The notes under the pieces are model-generated. The model searched no databases. It was not told where the DNA came from and saw only the letters and a program-made list of their open reading frames with translations. Below are positions 9,956 to 20,496 of a DNA stretch of 64,000 nt, in pieces; the stretch's first letter is position 1; the number at the start of each line of letters is the position of its first letter. Source of the DNA: an uncultured delta proteobacterium (lineage in GTDB: Bacteria > Desulfobacterota > Desulfuromonadia > Geobacterales > DSM-12255); NCBI GenBank assembly GCA_963787125.1, contig CAWBBV010000006.1, forward strand, positions 192,001 to 256,000, written 5' to 3'. A program made the translations under genes and the position numbers.

Positions 9956-11777
9956 CGTTGTGTCAAACTTCTTGACATGTCTTTTTGCTTTTCAGTTCTA
10001 ATTTCAATGCATTACCAATCAAAGTCTTGCCTCCCCCCGTGATTCTGGTTAAGAATGCCAGTTATGGAGGGCTAGCTCATGTCGTACCTATCCAAAACTG
10101 CCCGGTTTGTTGTCTGGATTTGCTCCAAGTTTACAAAGACCGAGATTGAACAGATCGTCGTCGGGTTGTCAGATGTCCTCGAAAATCGTAATCCTGAAGT
10201 TAAGCCAAAGGACGATTTCAAAGAGAAACATCCGAACTACAGAAACTTTATTGTCGATCCCAAGCCGCCACTGACTGAGCCCCCAAAGTTTAAAAAAAAG
10301 ACCTCGATCAAAAAGACTACCGGCAACTCCTGATTGAGTACGAAACACTTCACGGAAAGTCTCTTGCTCCGGTCAAGCTCCGGGCGGGTTCATCACCGGT
10401 TCCAGTGCATGTCACCTGTCCCTGCTGCGGAGCGCCAAATACTTATCTCTACTTCAACGACGGAAAGAAGCGCTCTCAAGTTCTCTGCAAGGTTTGCTCT
10501 CAACTCTTCCAACTCCAACAGCGCTTCAGAACCAACAGAAAGTCAAAGCTCTTCTGTCCCCATTGCGGGCTGGCTCTCTTCAGGTGGAAGTCGCAAAAGG
10601 AAGTGACCATCCACAAGTGCCCAAATGATAACTGTCCTCACCGTATCCAGGCGCTTGCCAAGCTCAATAAAGCCGAGAAAGAGCTGATGAAAAAGAAAAG
10701 TTCTCAGTTCAAAATCAACTACCAGTACCGCGAATATCACTACAAACCGGAAGAGTTGGAACTCTCTTCTCCGGACAAACCGCCGGTCGAACTGGCGAGA
10801 ATCCATAACAGCGAAAACGTGCTTGGCCTGATTCTGACTTTCTATGTTTCATTCGCCGTTCCGGCCAGAAAAACTGCTCAAATCCTGCGCGAAGTCTTCT
10901 GTATCAAGGTTTCTCATCAGACAGTTCTCAATTATGCCGCTGGCGCCGCCTGGCACTGCCACCGATTCAATCTCAAGCATAAAGGCCATATCGATAATAT
11001 CTCTGCAGGTGATGAGACCTACATCAAGATCCTGGGCAAGCACCATTATGTCTTCTTTTTTATCTCGGCAAAGAACCTGAAAATCTCCGCCTATCACGTG
11101 GCCGATAACAGGGGCACTCAGCCTGCCATTATCGCTATGAATGAAGCCATCAGGACTGCTTCTGCCGATCAGCAAATAACCCTTGTCAGCGACGGAAACC
11201 CTTCTTATCCAGCTGGCATTCATTTCATCAATGCCCAGACTGATGATTCCCAGACGATTCAGCACAAAAAGGTTATTGGCCTCCAAAACCTTGATGCCGA
11301 GTCCGAAGAGTACAGATCCTTCAAGCAGCTCGTTGAGCGGCTCAACAGAACCTTCAAGTATCATGTAAGGCCAGCAGCAGGATTCAACAGCACAAACGGT
11401 GCGGTATCTTTAACTACGCTGTTTGTGACCCACTACAACTTCCTCAGGCCTCACATGTCGCTAAAATATCTACCACCGGTGCCTTTGCAGGAGTTGAAGG
11501 CACTGCCGACCATTCAGGCTAGATGGACCAAGATCCTCTCGCTAGCTGCCTGACTTCCCGTCTTCAAAGATCAATTTACTGATTGTTGTTTTAATCTGAC
11601 CAACTATCTCACGTGCCTGGTCACAGAGTGGCTTGCCCAAAATTCAAGCCAGTAACCACAAAGTAGTGAAGTCACAGTCTGGACAGACTCGGAAAAGATG
11701 CAGATGAAGGGCATCGTTTACTTTCGAGTACTTTCCATTTCAATATCCCGGCTTTTCATGAAACTTTTGACACTATC
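9956..11777 (+). mobile_element. IS6-like insertion sequence, copy 2 (tandem)
   Basis: Repeats copy 1 at a 1830-bp offset; followed by a third CCTTTAGT at 11778-11785. Confidence 0.9.
10079..11553 (+). CDS. Transposase, copy 2 (frameshift fusion)
   Basis: Same translated ORFs as copy 1. Confidence 0.85.
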
Positions 11778-12000
11778 CCTTTAGTCGTTGAAACGCACCC
11801 GGTGTAAAACAAGGACAATACTCACATTGATATTGGAATATTTTTATTGTAACGTCTCTTCGACAATTTGCAAGGTAACAGGACAGGTGGGCAGAATCGG
11901 CATGAATTACTGAAAAACAGAGTTGGTTGTTGAGTGACACCACATCGAGAGCGGATCTGTTTCATTACTAAATTCTGAACAAATTTGGAGAAACCAATTT

Positions 12001-12579
12001 ATGCAGAACTCATCGACTATTGTGCTGGGGACAATTATCTGCCTGACTATCACGGGCTGTGCCGACCTCCAATACCTTAATACTATTCACCTCTCAAAAA
12101 AGGAGGCCAAGTACATGGTTATTGATGACGGCAAAAGGTTTGTAATAATACCATTCAATGAAGACGCGGAGCAACTTCGCTATGCAAAATCAGTAGGCAG
12201 CATAATGAAAGGTTTCAGTTTAACGGTTGTCGACAGCTTTGTTGATATCGATGAAGCAAAAGTTGATCCGATGGGAAAAGAGTCAGATGATGCTACCCAA
12301 GTGGCATCATCCGGCGCTGGAAAGGAAGAAAAAATTTCCGGAAGTGACAATGATAAAGTTGCTGTCAATTCAACTGCTGCTGACAAAAAAACCGAATATT
12401 TTATTGAAACAATGGCTAATAAAGACGGTGACGGGACGGTAAAATTTATAAGAAGATATGACAAGACTGTCTTGGGAATATTCAGCATTTCTCCAGTCAG
12501 GTTTACTATGCGCCCCCAATTATATGCTGCCTTGGTAAAAATGAAATTGCTAACGGGCAGAAGAAGTCCATCGACCTGA
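12001..12579 (+). CDS. Hypothetical lipoprotein
   Basis: Lipobox ITGC; GGAG RBS. Confidence 0.6.
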   Translation: MQNSSTIVLGTIICLTITGCADLQYLNTIHLSKKEAKYMVIDDGKRFVIIPFNEDAEQLRYAKSVGSIMKGFSLTVVDSFVDIDEAKVDPMGKESDDATQVASSGAGKEEKISGSDNDKVAVNSTAADKKTEYFIETMANKDGDGTVKFIRRYDKTVLGIFSISPVRFTMRPQLYAALVKMKLLTGRRSPST

Positions 12580-12584
12580 GGTTT

Positions 12585-13547
12585 TTAGTTGCAGACCTGA
12601 TTTTTGCCGCTATTTTTTGCCCGCAAAAGAGCTGCATCCGCTGCCGCAATGATTGCCTCCTTTCTGCTGCCCGGAACTGCTTCAGCTACTCCGACAGAAA
12701 AGGTCAAATACGGCAGGGGATTGCCGTGATGATCTTCGATGCTCGCCTCCATTACCTCGCGCCGCAGTCTCTCGGCCATGATATTCGCTGTGACCGCTTC
12801 GATTTCGGGAAGGATAATAACGAATTCATCTCCACCAAAACGGGCAGCCAGAATCCCGGGCCGGCTGTTGTTGACGATCACCTGAGCCACGCCGTGAATG
12901 GCTCGGTCACCGGCCAGATGACCAAAACAGTCGTTGATCTCCTTGAAGTTGTCAAGATCGGCCATGATAAGCGATAACGGTTTACCGGCCATATTGCAGC
13001 GCACCAGCAACCTGTCGAGCATCTGATCGAACCAGTGGCGGTTATGCAGGCCGGTGAGTGAATCGATGGAACCGAACTGACGGTAATTATCAATCAGGTT
13101 CATCCGCTCTTCAATGATTCGATTGGCGTGGCGCAAGCGGTGAGTAAGGATGGTGAGAAGGTTACAGGCCGCAGCATGGGATACCTGCACCAGTGACCAG
13201 AGGAGCTCTTCCCTTATCTCTACAAGCCTGCAGAGCGAGTCCGCAACCACGTAAGCGGAGACGACGCCGCCATCAATCAGGGACATCTCCCCCAAAGTCT
13301 CCCCCGCCCCAAGGGTAGTAATCGGCTCATTGATCGTACTCCCCAGGTGAATCCGCACTGATCCCGAGATAATCACATAGAGAAAGGAATTCTTCTGTTC
13401 GGACGCCAACAGCAACTCGTTATTCGCTAACTCCCTGATGCGGCACTCCTTCAGAATACCTTCCACCGATTCAGGGGTAACAAAGCGTAATAGATTTGAG
13501 TTCAGCAGGGCAGCAACATCTTGTTCATTGAGTAGCAAACGATCCAC
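12585..13547 (-). CDS. cNMP-binding domain / GGDEF diguanylate cyclase
   Basis: GEMSLID cNMP motif; DSLTGLHNR, DLDNFK, RFGGDEF. Confidence 0.92.
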   Translation of the reverse strand: MDRLLLNEQDVAALLNSNLLRFVTPESVEGILKECRIRELANNELLLASEQKNSFLYVIISGSVRIHLGSTINEPITTLGAGETLGEMSLIDGGVVSAYVVADSLCRLVEIREELLWSLVQVSHAAACNLLTILTHRLRHANRIIEERMNLIDNYRQFGSIDSLTGLHNRHWFDQMLDRLLVRCNMAGKPLSLIMADLDNFKEINDCFGHLAGDRAIHGVAQVIVNNSRPGILAARFGGDEFVIILPEIEAVTANIMAERLRREVMEASIEDHHGNPLPYLTFSVGVAEAVPGSRKEAIIAAADAALLRAKNSGKNQVCN

Positions 13548-13602
13548 AATTTACCCCCGTAAAAAATATCTCATCATCTTATACGTGTAGCCGCAGACAG
13601 GT

Positions 13603-14325
13603 CTACTTATCGCGTGCCTGACCGGGATTTGAGCCCCTTCTGGGCGGGTATCTGTGGGAGCGGTTTTTATTGCCTCCCCCCCTGGGCGCTTCTGCCTTTG
13701 GCCGCAACGAAGCGAGCAGCTCTTCTGCCCAGACGCTGTCGCCAAAACAGCACTCTGCGGCAACATAAGCGACATCGTCCGCTTGCGAACCTGCAGTCTT
13801 GACCTGCAGCAGTCGCTCGATCAAGGTTTGCGCCCAGTAGTACTCTCTGAGCACTTTTTTACCGTCGATTTCATCATAGGAGTAATCACTGCAAGGGATT
13901 CTGTTTTTCAGGGTCTCCCCGGAACAGCCGAGCACCTCGGCGGCCTGCTGCTGGGTGAACATACCGGCGCTGGACGCTTTGCGCACAATAACCTTGGCAC
14001 CTCCACCGGGCACGACCGGCCGCTGTTCGGCTGCGTGGCTGGCCAGCTGCGCCCTGAAATCGGCCTTTTCGGCTTCTTTCAATCCGGCAAAAGCAGCTTC
14101 CAGCGCCTGTTCCCCCAGATCACTGATTGCCAGAAAGCGGATAACCCCTTCGGTCAGAGTCAGGTTTGAAACAGTGACCTGTATGTCACAGTTGTCGGCA
14201 GAAAAGAGTTCCACCTGCTCTGCATCGGCAGTTTGAAGAACCACTGCCACAAGTGCAGCACGAAACGGACCCTCTTCCGGCCTGAAAGTGATCGTAGTAA
14301 CAATATTCTTTAACAGCTCAATCAT
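13603..14325 (-). CDS. Hypothetical protein with HTH-like segment
   Basis: Long ORF containing FTQQQAAEVLGCS; start uncertain. Confidence 0.55.
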   Translation of the reverse strand: MIELLKNIVTTITFRPEEGPFRAALVAVVLQTADAEQVELFSADNCDIQVTVSNLTLTEGVIRFLAISDLGEQALEAAFAGLKEAEKADFRAQLASHAAEQRPVVPGGGAKVIVRKASSAGMFTQQQAAEVLGCSGETLKNRIPCSDYSYDEIDGKKVLREYYWAQTLIERLLQVKTAGSQADDVAYVAAECCFGDSVWAEELLASLRPKAEAPRGGGNKNRSHRYPPRRGSNPGQARDK

Positions 14326-14497
14326 CTGATGTACCCCATTTTCAGCAGTCCATGCGGACCTGCGGATTTGCACATATTACTGCGAATGTCGGTTATTTAC
14401 TGCATGGTAACACAAATAAACAGATAGTAATCGGTTACCACCAGACCTGCCAACTTACAAAAAAAGAGCCCTGATTTCTCAGACCTCTTTTTATAAT

Positions 14498-14548
14498 TGG
14501 TGCGAGGAATGGACCAGAACCATCACAAGGTTGCCCCCGCCAGCCCCT
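14498..14548 (-). repeat. Degenerate duplicate of the tRNA-Leu 3' half (att site)
   Basis: Aligns to 32244-32295 with 4 mismatches and 1 gap; adjacent decayed terminator-like hairpin at ~14460-14492. Confidence 0.85.
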
Positions 14549-14807
14549 AAAAGCAGGCGGGATAACCTTCTACGAGCCATTCTACAAAACCGTAAACTAG
14601 AAAAAGTCCTTGATCTTTGGCATAGTATCAATAGTATCGCTTCAGCAGTTTTCAACCTTTTCCAGCTGTTTCCAGCCCTGTTCAGTAAACAAAAAGAACA
14701 TGCTCCAGGTCAGCATATCTCCAGGAGCCAGGAAGATACTACGTCAAATCCAGAATAACCGACACTAGCAGAAGCTGGAACAATATACAATAACTGCATT
14801 GAGATGT

Positions 14808-15107
14808 TCAAGAGGGGCTTATGTCGCGAAACTTCCGAAAAGCGCCGATCAGGGCCAGGTTGTTGGCTTCGGTAGCTCCGCTGGTAAAGACAATTTCGCT
14901 CTCTTTACGACAGCCCAGCACCTTGGCAATAGTCTGCCGCGCCTCGTCAACAGCCTGTTTCGCCCAGGTTCCATGAAGATGATAGATACTGGCAGCATTG
15001 CCGTACACTTCGCAAAAATACGGCAGCATCTTCGCCAGCACCCACCTGTCTACCGGCATTGTAGCGTTGTGATCGAGATATATCGGCTCTTCCATTGTTC
15101 TTTTCAT
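14808..15107 (-). pseudogene. N-terminal fragment of cysteine desulfurase (DndA/IscS-like)
   Basis: IYLDHNAT, YGNAAS, IVFTSGATEANNLA; ends after ~95 aa, before the PLP lysine. Confidence 0.85.
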
Positions 15108-15223
15108 CTCCTCACCTGCATGAACTCAAAAACAAGCTCGCCTGGCGCTGTAAAATCATTTTGACAGATTACGATTTAGTGTTTAATGTAGTGCTTAATA
15201 AAGCATCAAATGTGAGGTGTTCC

Positions 15224-15502
15224 ATGTCCATCAGTCTCGCAGAAGACATCCGCTCGGTTACCGATCTGAAACGGCATACACGGGAAATTCTTGATCATAT
15301 TCACCGGTCAGGTCGGCCTACGGTGCTTACAGTCAATGGCCGGGCCGATGCGGTCATCATCGACGCCAAAGTCTACGAAAAGCAGCTCAAAGCAATGAAC
15401 CTCGCCCGCCTGTTGTCAGTAGCAGAGGAACAAGTTGCGAGCGGCCAGACTCGTCCGGCCCGCGCCTTTCTGACAGAGTTCAAGAATGCGCGTAACATAT
15501 AA
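15224..15502 (+). CDS. Phd/YefM family antitoxin
   Basis: SVTDLKRH...PTVLTVNGRADAV; overlaps the toxin start. Confidence 0.85.
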   Translation: MSISLAEDIRSVTDLKRHTREILDHIHRSGRPTVLTVNGRADAVIIDAKVYEKQLKAMNLARLLSVAEEQVASGQTRPARAFLTEFKNARNI

Positions 15503-15800
15503 CGTCGAAATCACCGCGGCTGCGGAGCGAGATGTTGAGGAGATCTGGATTTACATCGCCGACGACAGCCCGGAAAACGCCACTGCCTTTATACTGCGCC
15601 TTGAGGAGCAGATCGACACGCTTGAGCAGCTTCCCGAGCGCTGCCCGCTGATTCCGGAAAACGAACAGCTCGGTACATCCTATCGCCATCTGCTTCATGG
15701 AGCCTACCGCACCATCTTCCGTATAAACGGCAAGACCGTCTATATCCTGCGCATCATCCACGGCACCCGTCTGCTCGATTCATCCTGCTTCGAAAACTAA
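15486..15800 (+). CDS. RelE/ParE family toxin
   Basis: AAERDVEEIWIYIA...YRTIFRI...ILRIIHG. Confidence 0.85.
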   Translation: MRVTYNVEITAAAERDVEEIWIYIADDSPENATAFILRLEEQIDTLEQLPERCPLIPENEQLGTSYRHLLHGAYRTIFRINGKTVYILRIIHGTRLLDSSCFEN

Positions 15801-15839
15801 GAGCTAAAAATCTCTTCAACCAGCCCTTATCAACTGGGC

Positions 15840-16070
15840 CAGATTCCACCCCCCGCACCCGGTTCACCAGCAGTTCAACACCGCGATTGATATGGGCATG
15901 GAAATAGTCTTCCAGTTCTTCAGGATCAATTTCCTTCTGATGACACCACTGCAGGAACAGCGACGTCAACACCGGTTCATGCTCGCCAAACAGGGTGGAG
16001 ACATGACAGCTTCAACTTGGCAACTTGGAACCCCGTGTCCCCTCGGAACTCCGGCCCCACTGTTGCCTTC
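15840..16070 (-). pseudogene. DndE-like remnant
   Basis: Frame reads STLFGEHEPVLTSLFLQWCHQKEIDPEELEDYFHAHINRGVELLVNRV, resembling the DndE C-terminus; 5' part broken, with tandem CAACTTGG at 16013-16028. Confidence 0.6.
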
Positions 16071-16137
16071 TTGCCACTTGACATTTACCGTAGCCTGATG
16101 AATAGTTTATCAAATTTAAAACCTTTTGAGGTGTGTC

Positions 16138-16356
16138 ATGAGCCCAGCAAAATCGGCATGTGCCAAGGAACTCTTTCACGAGATCGAAACCACGCCGGAG
16201 GAGTATCTGCCGGCTCTTCTGGAAATTGTACGCGGATTCCGCCACGGCATTTTTTTGAAACCTGCGGACGAAAGTTTTCGCCAGGGTATACAGGAAGCGT
16301 TGCAAGGGAATACCTTACCGATATCTGAATTATGGAAGGGCATCGATGCCCGCTGA
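16138..16356 (+). CDS. Putative antitoxin
   Basis: Small acidic ORF ending LPISELWKGIDAR, overlapping the toxin. Confidence 0.7.
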   Translation: MSPAKSACAKELFHEIETTPEEYLPALLEIVRGFRHGIFLKPADESFRQGIQEALQGNTLPISELWKGIDAR

Positions 16357-16690
16357 TTCGGTCTGCATCTCGTTTACCTTCGAATTCAAGCGCAACCTGC
16401 GTGCGCTTGCCAAGAAATACCGCTCCATCCGCACCGACATTCAGCCCCTCATAGACCAACTTAATACCGGCATGCTACCCGGTGATCAAGTCCCTGGCAT
16501 CAGCCTGACTATCTTCAAAGTACGCCTTCAAAACAGTGACATTCAAAAAGGGAAGCGTTCCGGTTACCGTTGCATCTACTATCTCAAAACCCGAAACGAC
16601 ATTATTCTGATTACCGTCTACTCCAAGGCTGAGCAATCAGACGTAACTGCGGCAAGAGTACACACTATCCTCCAAGAAATGGGAAAGTAG
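16346..16690 (+). CDS. RelE/HigB-like toxin
   Basis: KVRLQNSDIQKGKRSGYRCIYY...ITVYSK. Confidence 0.85.
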   Translation: MPADSVCISFTFEFKRNLRALAKKYRSIRTDIQPLIDQLNTGMLPGDQVPGISLTIFKVRLQNSDIQKGKRSGYRCIYYLKTRNDIILITVYSKAEQSDVTAARVHTILQEMGK

Positions 16691-16733
16691 TTTCCGCCAT
16701 GAAAGTTCTCACCCCTAGGCCGACATAACTGTT

Positions 16734-17027
16734 TCAGGTCTTCGGCTCGGTACGGGTAATCATGGTGTTCAGCCCCAGACCGAGCAGCTCCTTCGCCTCC
16801 ACCATCGCCGTCGTAAAACCTCCCTTGACCGCAGCATGGATCACGTTGGGCTCACCCTCTTCGTCCCAGGGCCAGCCGGTCCGCACAAGGGTGATCAACA
16901 GCAGCTCCAGCTTATCCGCTTTTTTGACCAACTCGGTGTACTCGTCCTCCAGTTCCGTCACTAGGGACGGGTCGATTCCCTGTTTCTGCAGCTTAATTTT
17001 GAGTCTTGCCATTGCATTCGGCATCAT
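16734..17027 (-). CDS. Hypothetical protein
   Basis: 97-aa ORF with AGGAGG RBS. Confidence 0.6.
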   Translation of the reverse strand: MMPNAMARLKIKLQKQGIDPSLVTELEDEYTELVKKADKLELLLITLVRTGWPWDEEGEPNVIHAAVKGGFTTAMVEAKELLGLGLNTMITRTEPKT

Positions 17028-17246
17028 AGCCCTCCTGGTTGTGCCGGGAACAGCAGAAGGGTTCCCCGGCAGCAGATAGTCAGCGCTGGTGTATAACGAT
17101 GCCCCCCGGTAGCATGCGTTGCTCCAGCCAGCTCTTCAGTAAATGTTTCATGATCGTGCGGCTGACAGGGAAGAGAAAGAAGAGACCGGCATAGCAGACG
17201 TTCAGGAGGCGGTTGCCGTTGTCATCCTGTCGCTACAGTTCAAAGC

Positions 17247-17783
17247 TCATGACCTTGATAGCAGCGCCAGGAAAAAGCGGAACCGGTCTACCAAAAAATC
17301 GAGGCTGTTCTCCAGAGTGTGGCCGTCCGGCACCATTGCCAGCTCCAGGCGGTGCTGGCAGGCAAAGTCCATCACCGGCCCCGGCGGGACAATTGTATCG
17401 TCCCAGCCGTGGATGATGACGGTCGGTGGTACATGGGTCAGCGTTGGCAGATCGGGGTATCCGGGAATGCCGATGGCCGGGGCCATCAGGAACAGGCCCG
17501 CCGGCCTGATCACAGGTGCTGCCGCCAGCGAAACGCTCCCCCCCATGCTGGAACCGGCCAACACAGTAATGCCGCCGTCCTGCGGGTGCTGCGCCAGCAG
17601 CATCCGCACCCGCTCCGCTGGATCGTCCACCCCGCGGTAGTCGATGCTGAGGACCGCGAAGCCCAGCTCCTCCGCCACCGGCGCAAGGCGGCTGATCTTG
17701 AGCCCCCAGGGGCCGGACTCCTTGCCGTGGGAGAAGATGACGGTTTTAGTGAGCGGGGCTTTTTCCATGGATATTTCGGGCAT
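17247..17783 (-). CDS. Alpha/beta hydrolase (YqiA-like)
   Basis: SHGKES, GSSMGG nucleophile elbow, HGWDD. Confidence 0.85.
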   Translation of the reverse strand: MPEISMEKAPLTKTVIFSHGKESGPWGLKISRLAPVAEELGFAVLSIDYRGVDDPAERVRMLLAQHPQDGGITVLAGSSMGGSVSLAAAPVIRPAGLFLMAPAIGIPGYPDLPTLTHVPPTVIIHGWDDTIVPPGPVMDFACQHRLELAMVPDGHTLENSLDFLVDRFRFFLALLSRS

Positions 17784-17819
17784 ATAACGTCCTTTTGAGT
17801 GTACGTGTGATTCGTATGT

Positions 17820-18107
17820 TCAATGCGCCTGCTTGAACGGATGGCAGAGCAGGCAGTGCTCCTTGGGTGGATGCTTCGGCGGCAGCGGTCGAGTAGCGGC
17901 GTTGTGGCAGCTCACACAGCCACTTTCCACTGCTACCCGCCTGTCGCCCTTGGCCAGGGCTCCGCGAAACGGGCGGTGCCGGTCGTCAACGGGGGTGCTT
18001 TTGGGCTTGTCCCGGAAGCTGTTCAGAACCAGAACCAGCAGCAGACCTCCCACGACAGCAATGAAACCCAGATCACGTTTACGCAGAAGCATGATGGTCC
18101 TTTTCAC
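17820..18107 (-). CDS. Small membrane-anchored diheme c-type cytochrome
   Basis: N-terminal hydrophobic helix, CVSCH and CLLCH. Confidence 0.8.
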   Translation of the reverse strand: MKRTIMLLRKRDLGFIAVVGGLLLVLVLNSFRDKPKSTPVDDRHRPFRGALAKGDRRVAVESGCVSCHNAATRPLPPKHPPKEHCLLCHPFKQAH

Positions 18108-18131
18108 CTCACAATTTCATCCGGTAAAACC

Positions 18132-19113
18132 CTACAGCCGCCACTCTTTCCGATGGTCGGCCAGATACTCGCGAGCCGGCCATTGATACCGGTCTACAGG
18201 CGGAATGATACCACGGCCAGAGAGAGTCTGGAGGAAGCCGGGGACGTTGGGATCGGCGGCGATCTGGCGGGAGGTGATGACGGCGTAGGAGTCCGACACC
18301 CCCATCATCCCCTTGTCAAAGGCCCAGTGACAGAGCTTGCACAGGGCCATGCCGTTGCGGATGTCGTCGTTCTGGCTCCTGCTCCAGGGGACGATATGGG
18401 CGGCATCCACCACGGTGTGCTGTTCCGGCGTGATGATCCGCACCCCGCAGAGGGCGCAGCGGTGGTCATAGGCCTTCACCACAATGCGGCGAAAGCCCTG
18501 ATCACGGGCTGCGGGGCGGTAGTTGTCCGCCTCGATGATTTCCTGCACCAGCGGCAGATGGGATTTTTCTTCCAGCAGTCTGACTGTAGGCGAATGCCTC
18601 GCGATTGATGATCGACTGCTCCCGCAAAAGAGCCGCGGCTTCGGGCGAGAAGCAGGACTGCAGCAGTGCTTCCCGCAACGCCTCTCTCCCCTCCCCGCTC
18701 TGCATGACCTGAAACAGCTCCTCGTCCAGCTTTGCGCCCAGGGCGTACTTGCGCAGGTAGGTGACGGAGGAGGTGTTGTTGATGATTGCCGGGGTAATGG
18801 TTGTGCCCGGTTGCGGCACCAGTTCCCAGAACGGCTCCCGGTCGAGACGGGAGAAGGGAAAGGCGATGCTGCTGGTCTGACCGAGGGGGATGATCCGCCG
18901 CCAGTAGAGGTTGAACAGCTCGTTCAGCTCCACCAGATCGCCGGTCACGGCGATGAACGGCGAGGTGATGACGCCGCGATGCACCAGATCCAGCACCGCC
19001 AGCAGCAGGAGCGGTTTGTGCGGGGCCTTGCGCTTGGTGGCGTCGGTCCAGGTCGCGCCGGGGGCGCGGTTGAGGGAGGCGAAGTGTTTGATGGATGTGG
19101 TGAGGTTGGTCAT
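18132..19113 (-). CDS. SBD-HNH modification-dependent restriction endonuclease, split by one extra base at ~18582
   Basis: APHKPLLLL and FPFSRL N-terminal motifs; CALCG...DAAHI...NGMALCKLCHWAFD HNH domain in the next frame. Confidence 0.75.
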
Positions 19114-19187
19114 GGTTTCTTTCAGATTATTGAGAAACTAAAGAGAGTTGAGACACGACATCTAGAGGCGATCAAAATGTCAAAAAG

Positions 19188-20273
19188 TCAACCCTTACCC
19201 CGCAGGGTCCCACCCTTGATCTGTCCGCCTGCCGGGACTTGCAGTTGCTGAATATCCTGCTCCAGTTCCTTAAGACTTACTTCATGCTGAATCTGCCGCT
19301 GCACTTCACGATATTTGTCGAACTCAAGCGCCGACTTTTCCAGCGCCATCTGGTGGCTGATCTTTCCGGCATGGGTGAGCAGATCGCGGCCATTAAGCTG
19401 AATTATCGCGTCCAGCCGGGCAATCCAGTCATTCATGTACATGGGAGTTCGCTGCAGCACCATGGTTTCTGCAAAGGCCAGGTACTGTTCAACCAGCAGT
19501 CCGAGCAGCTTCATTTCATCCTCTGTCAGATAATTCTTGGCAATGCTCACATCGCTTTTGCGCACCGCCAGTTCACCCTTTTTGTCACAGGACTGCATCC
19601 CCATGAGCGGCAGCGCAGCATCGGCCCGGCGGAATACCAGCTCCGCCGCTGTCTGCTGGCTGATGGCCCAGAGCAGTTTGTTCTGCACCACCTTGAAGAA
19701 CTCGATCGTCTTTTCGTCCCTGGGATCGTAGTCGATACTGGTTGCGTAGATATCCTTGATTTTCTGGTAGAAGAAGCGCTCCGAAAGTCGGATTTCACGG
19801 ATGCGTTCCTGCAACTCGCTGAAATAATTCATGGAGCTGCCGCTCTTGAAGCGCTCGTCGTTCAGGGCAAAGCCCTTGACGATATACTCCTTGAGTCGCT
19901 GGGTGGCCCAGATGCGGAACCGAACGCCCTGTTGGGATTTAACCCGGTATCCGACCGAGATGACCAGATCCAGGTTGTAAAAGTTGACCTCTTTCGACTG
20001 AGTTTTCCCTTCAATTGCGCCGTGTCGGGTGGTTGTCCGGAATTTCCGGATAACCACCTGCTCGTCCAGTTCACTCTCGTCGAAGATATTCCGGATATGC
20101 TCCGATATGGTTTTTTTGCTTTTGCCGAATAACTGCGCCATATGGTCCTGCGACAACCAGACCGTCTCGTCCTCCAGTCGGACATTGATCCGGATTGTCC
20201 CGTCCGGCGCCTGATAAATGAGTATTTCCGAGTTATTCACGCTTATGGGAGAATTGGTCAGGTCTTTGCTCAT
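19188..20273 (-). CDS. RhuM family protein
   Basis: ETVWLSQ, YNLDLVISVGYRV, FRIWAT, IREIRLSERFFYQK, IAKNYL. Confidence 0.9.
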   Translation of the reverse strand: MSKDLTNSPISVNNSEILIYQAPDGTIRINVRLEDETVWLSQDHMAQLFGKSKKTISEHIRNIFDESELDEQVVIRKFRTTTRHGAIEGKTQSKEVNFYNLDLVISVGYRVKSQQGVRFRIWATQRLKEYIVKGFALNDERFKSGSSMNYFSELQERIREIRLSERFFYQKIKDIYATSIDYDPRDEKTIEFFKVVQNKLLWAISQQTAAELVFRRADAALPLMGMQSCDKKGELAVRKSDVSIAKNYLTEDEMKLLGLLVEQYLAFAETMVLQRTPMYMNDWIARLDAIIQLNGRDLLTHAGKISHQMALEKSALEFDKYREVQRQIQHEVSLKELEQDIQQLQVPAGGQIKGGTLRGKG

Positions 20274-20411
20274 TGGTATTATCCTTTAACGGATTCTCTG
20301 TAAATGTGAAGAATGGAGAACCGGCCCTCGCATTCTCCTCAACAGCTCGTTCTGCTTCCAACAGTGAAAACAGGTTTCATCCCTCATAATTCATCCTTCA
20401 TAATTGTATTT

Positions 20412-20496
20412 CGCTTGGTGGCGTCGGTCCAGGTCGCGCCGGGGGCGCGGTTGAGGGAGGCGAAGTGTTTGATGGATGTGGTGAGTGAGGTCATGG
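20412..20496 (-). repeat. Direct repeat of the 5' end of the SBD-HNH gene (19031-19115)
   Basis: 74 bp identical (20412-20485 vs 19031-19104) plus a near-identical start region. Confidence 0.9.

Noticed and set aside
17080..17250. In-frame TAG as possible pyrrolysine recoding
   Set aside because: No pyl genes or supporting context; a nonsense mutation or non-gene is simpler.
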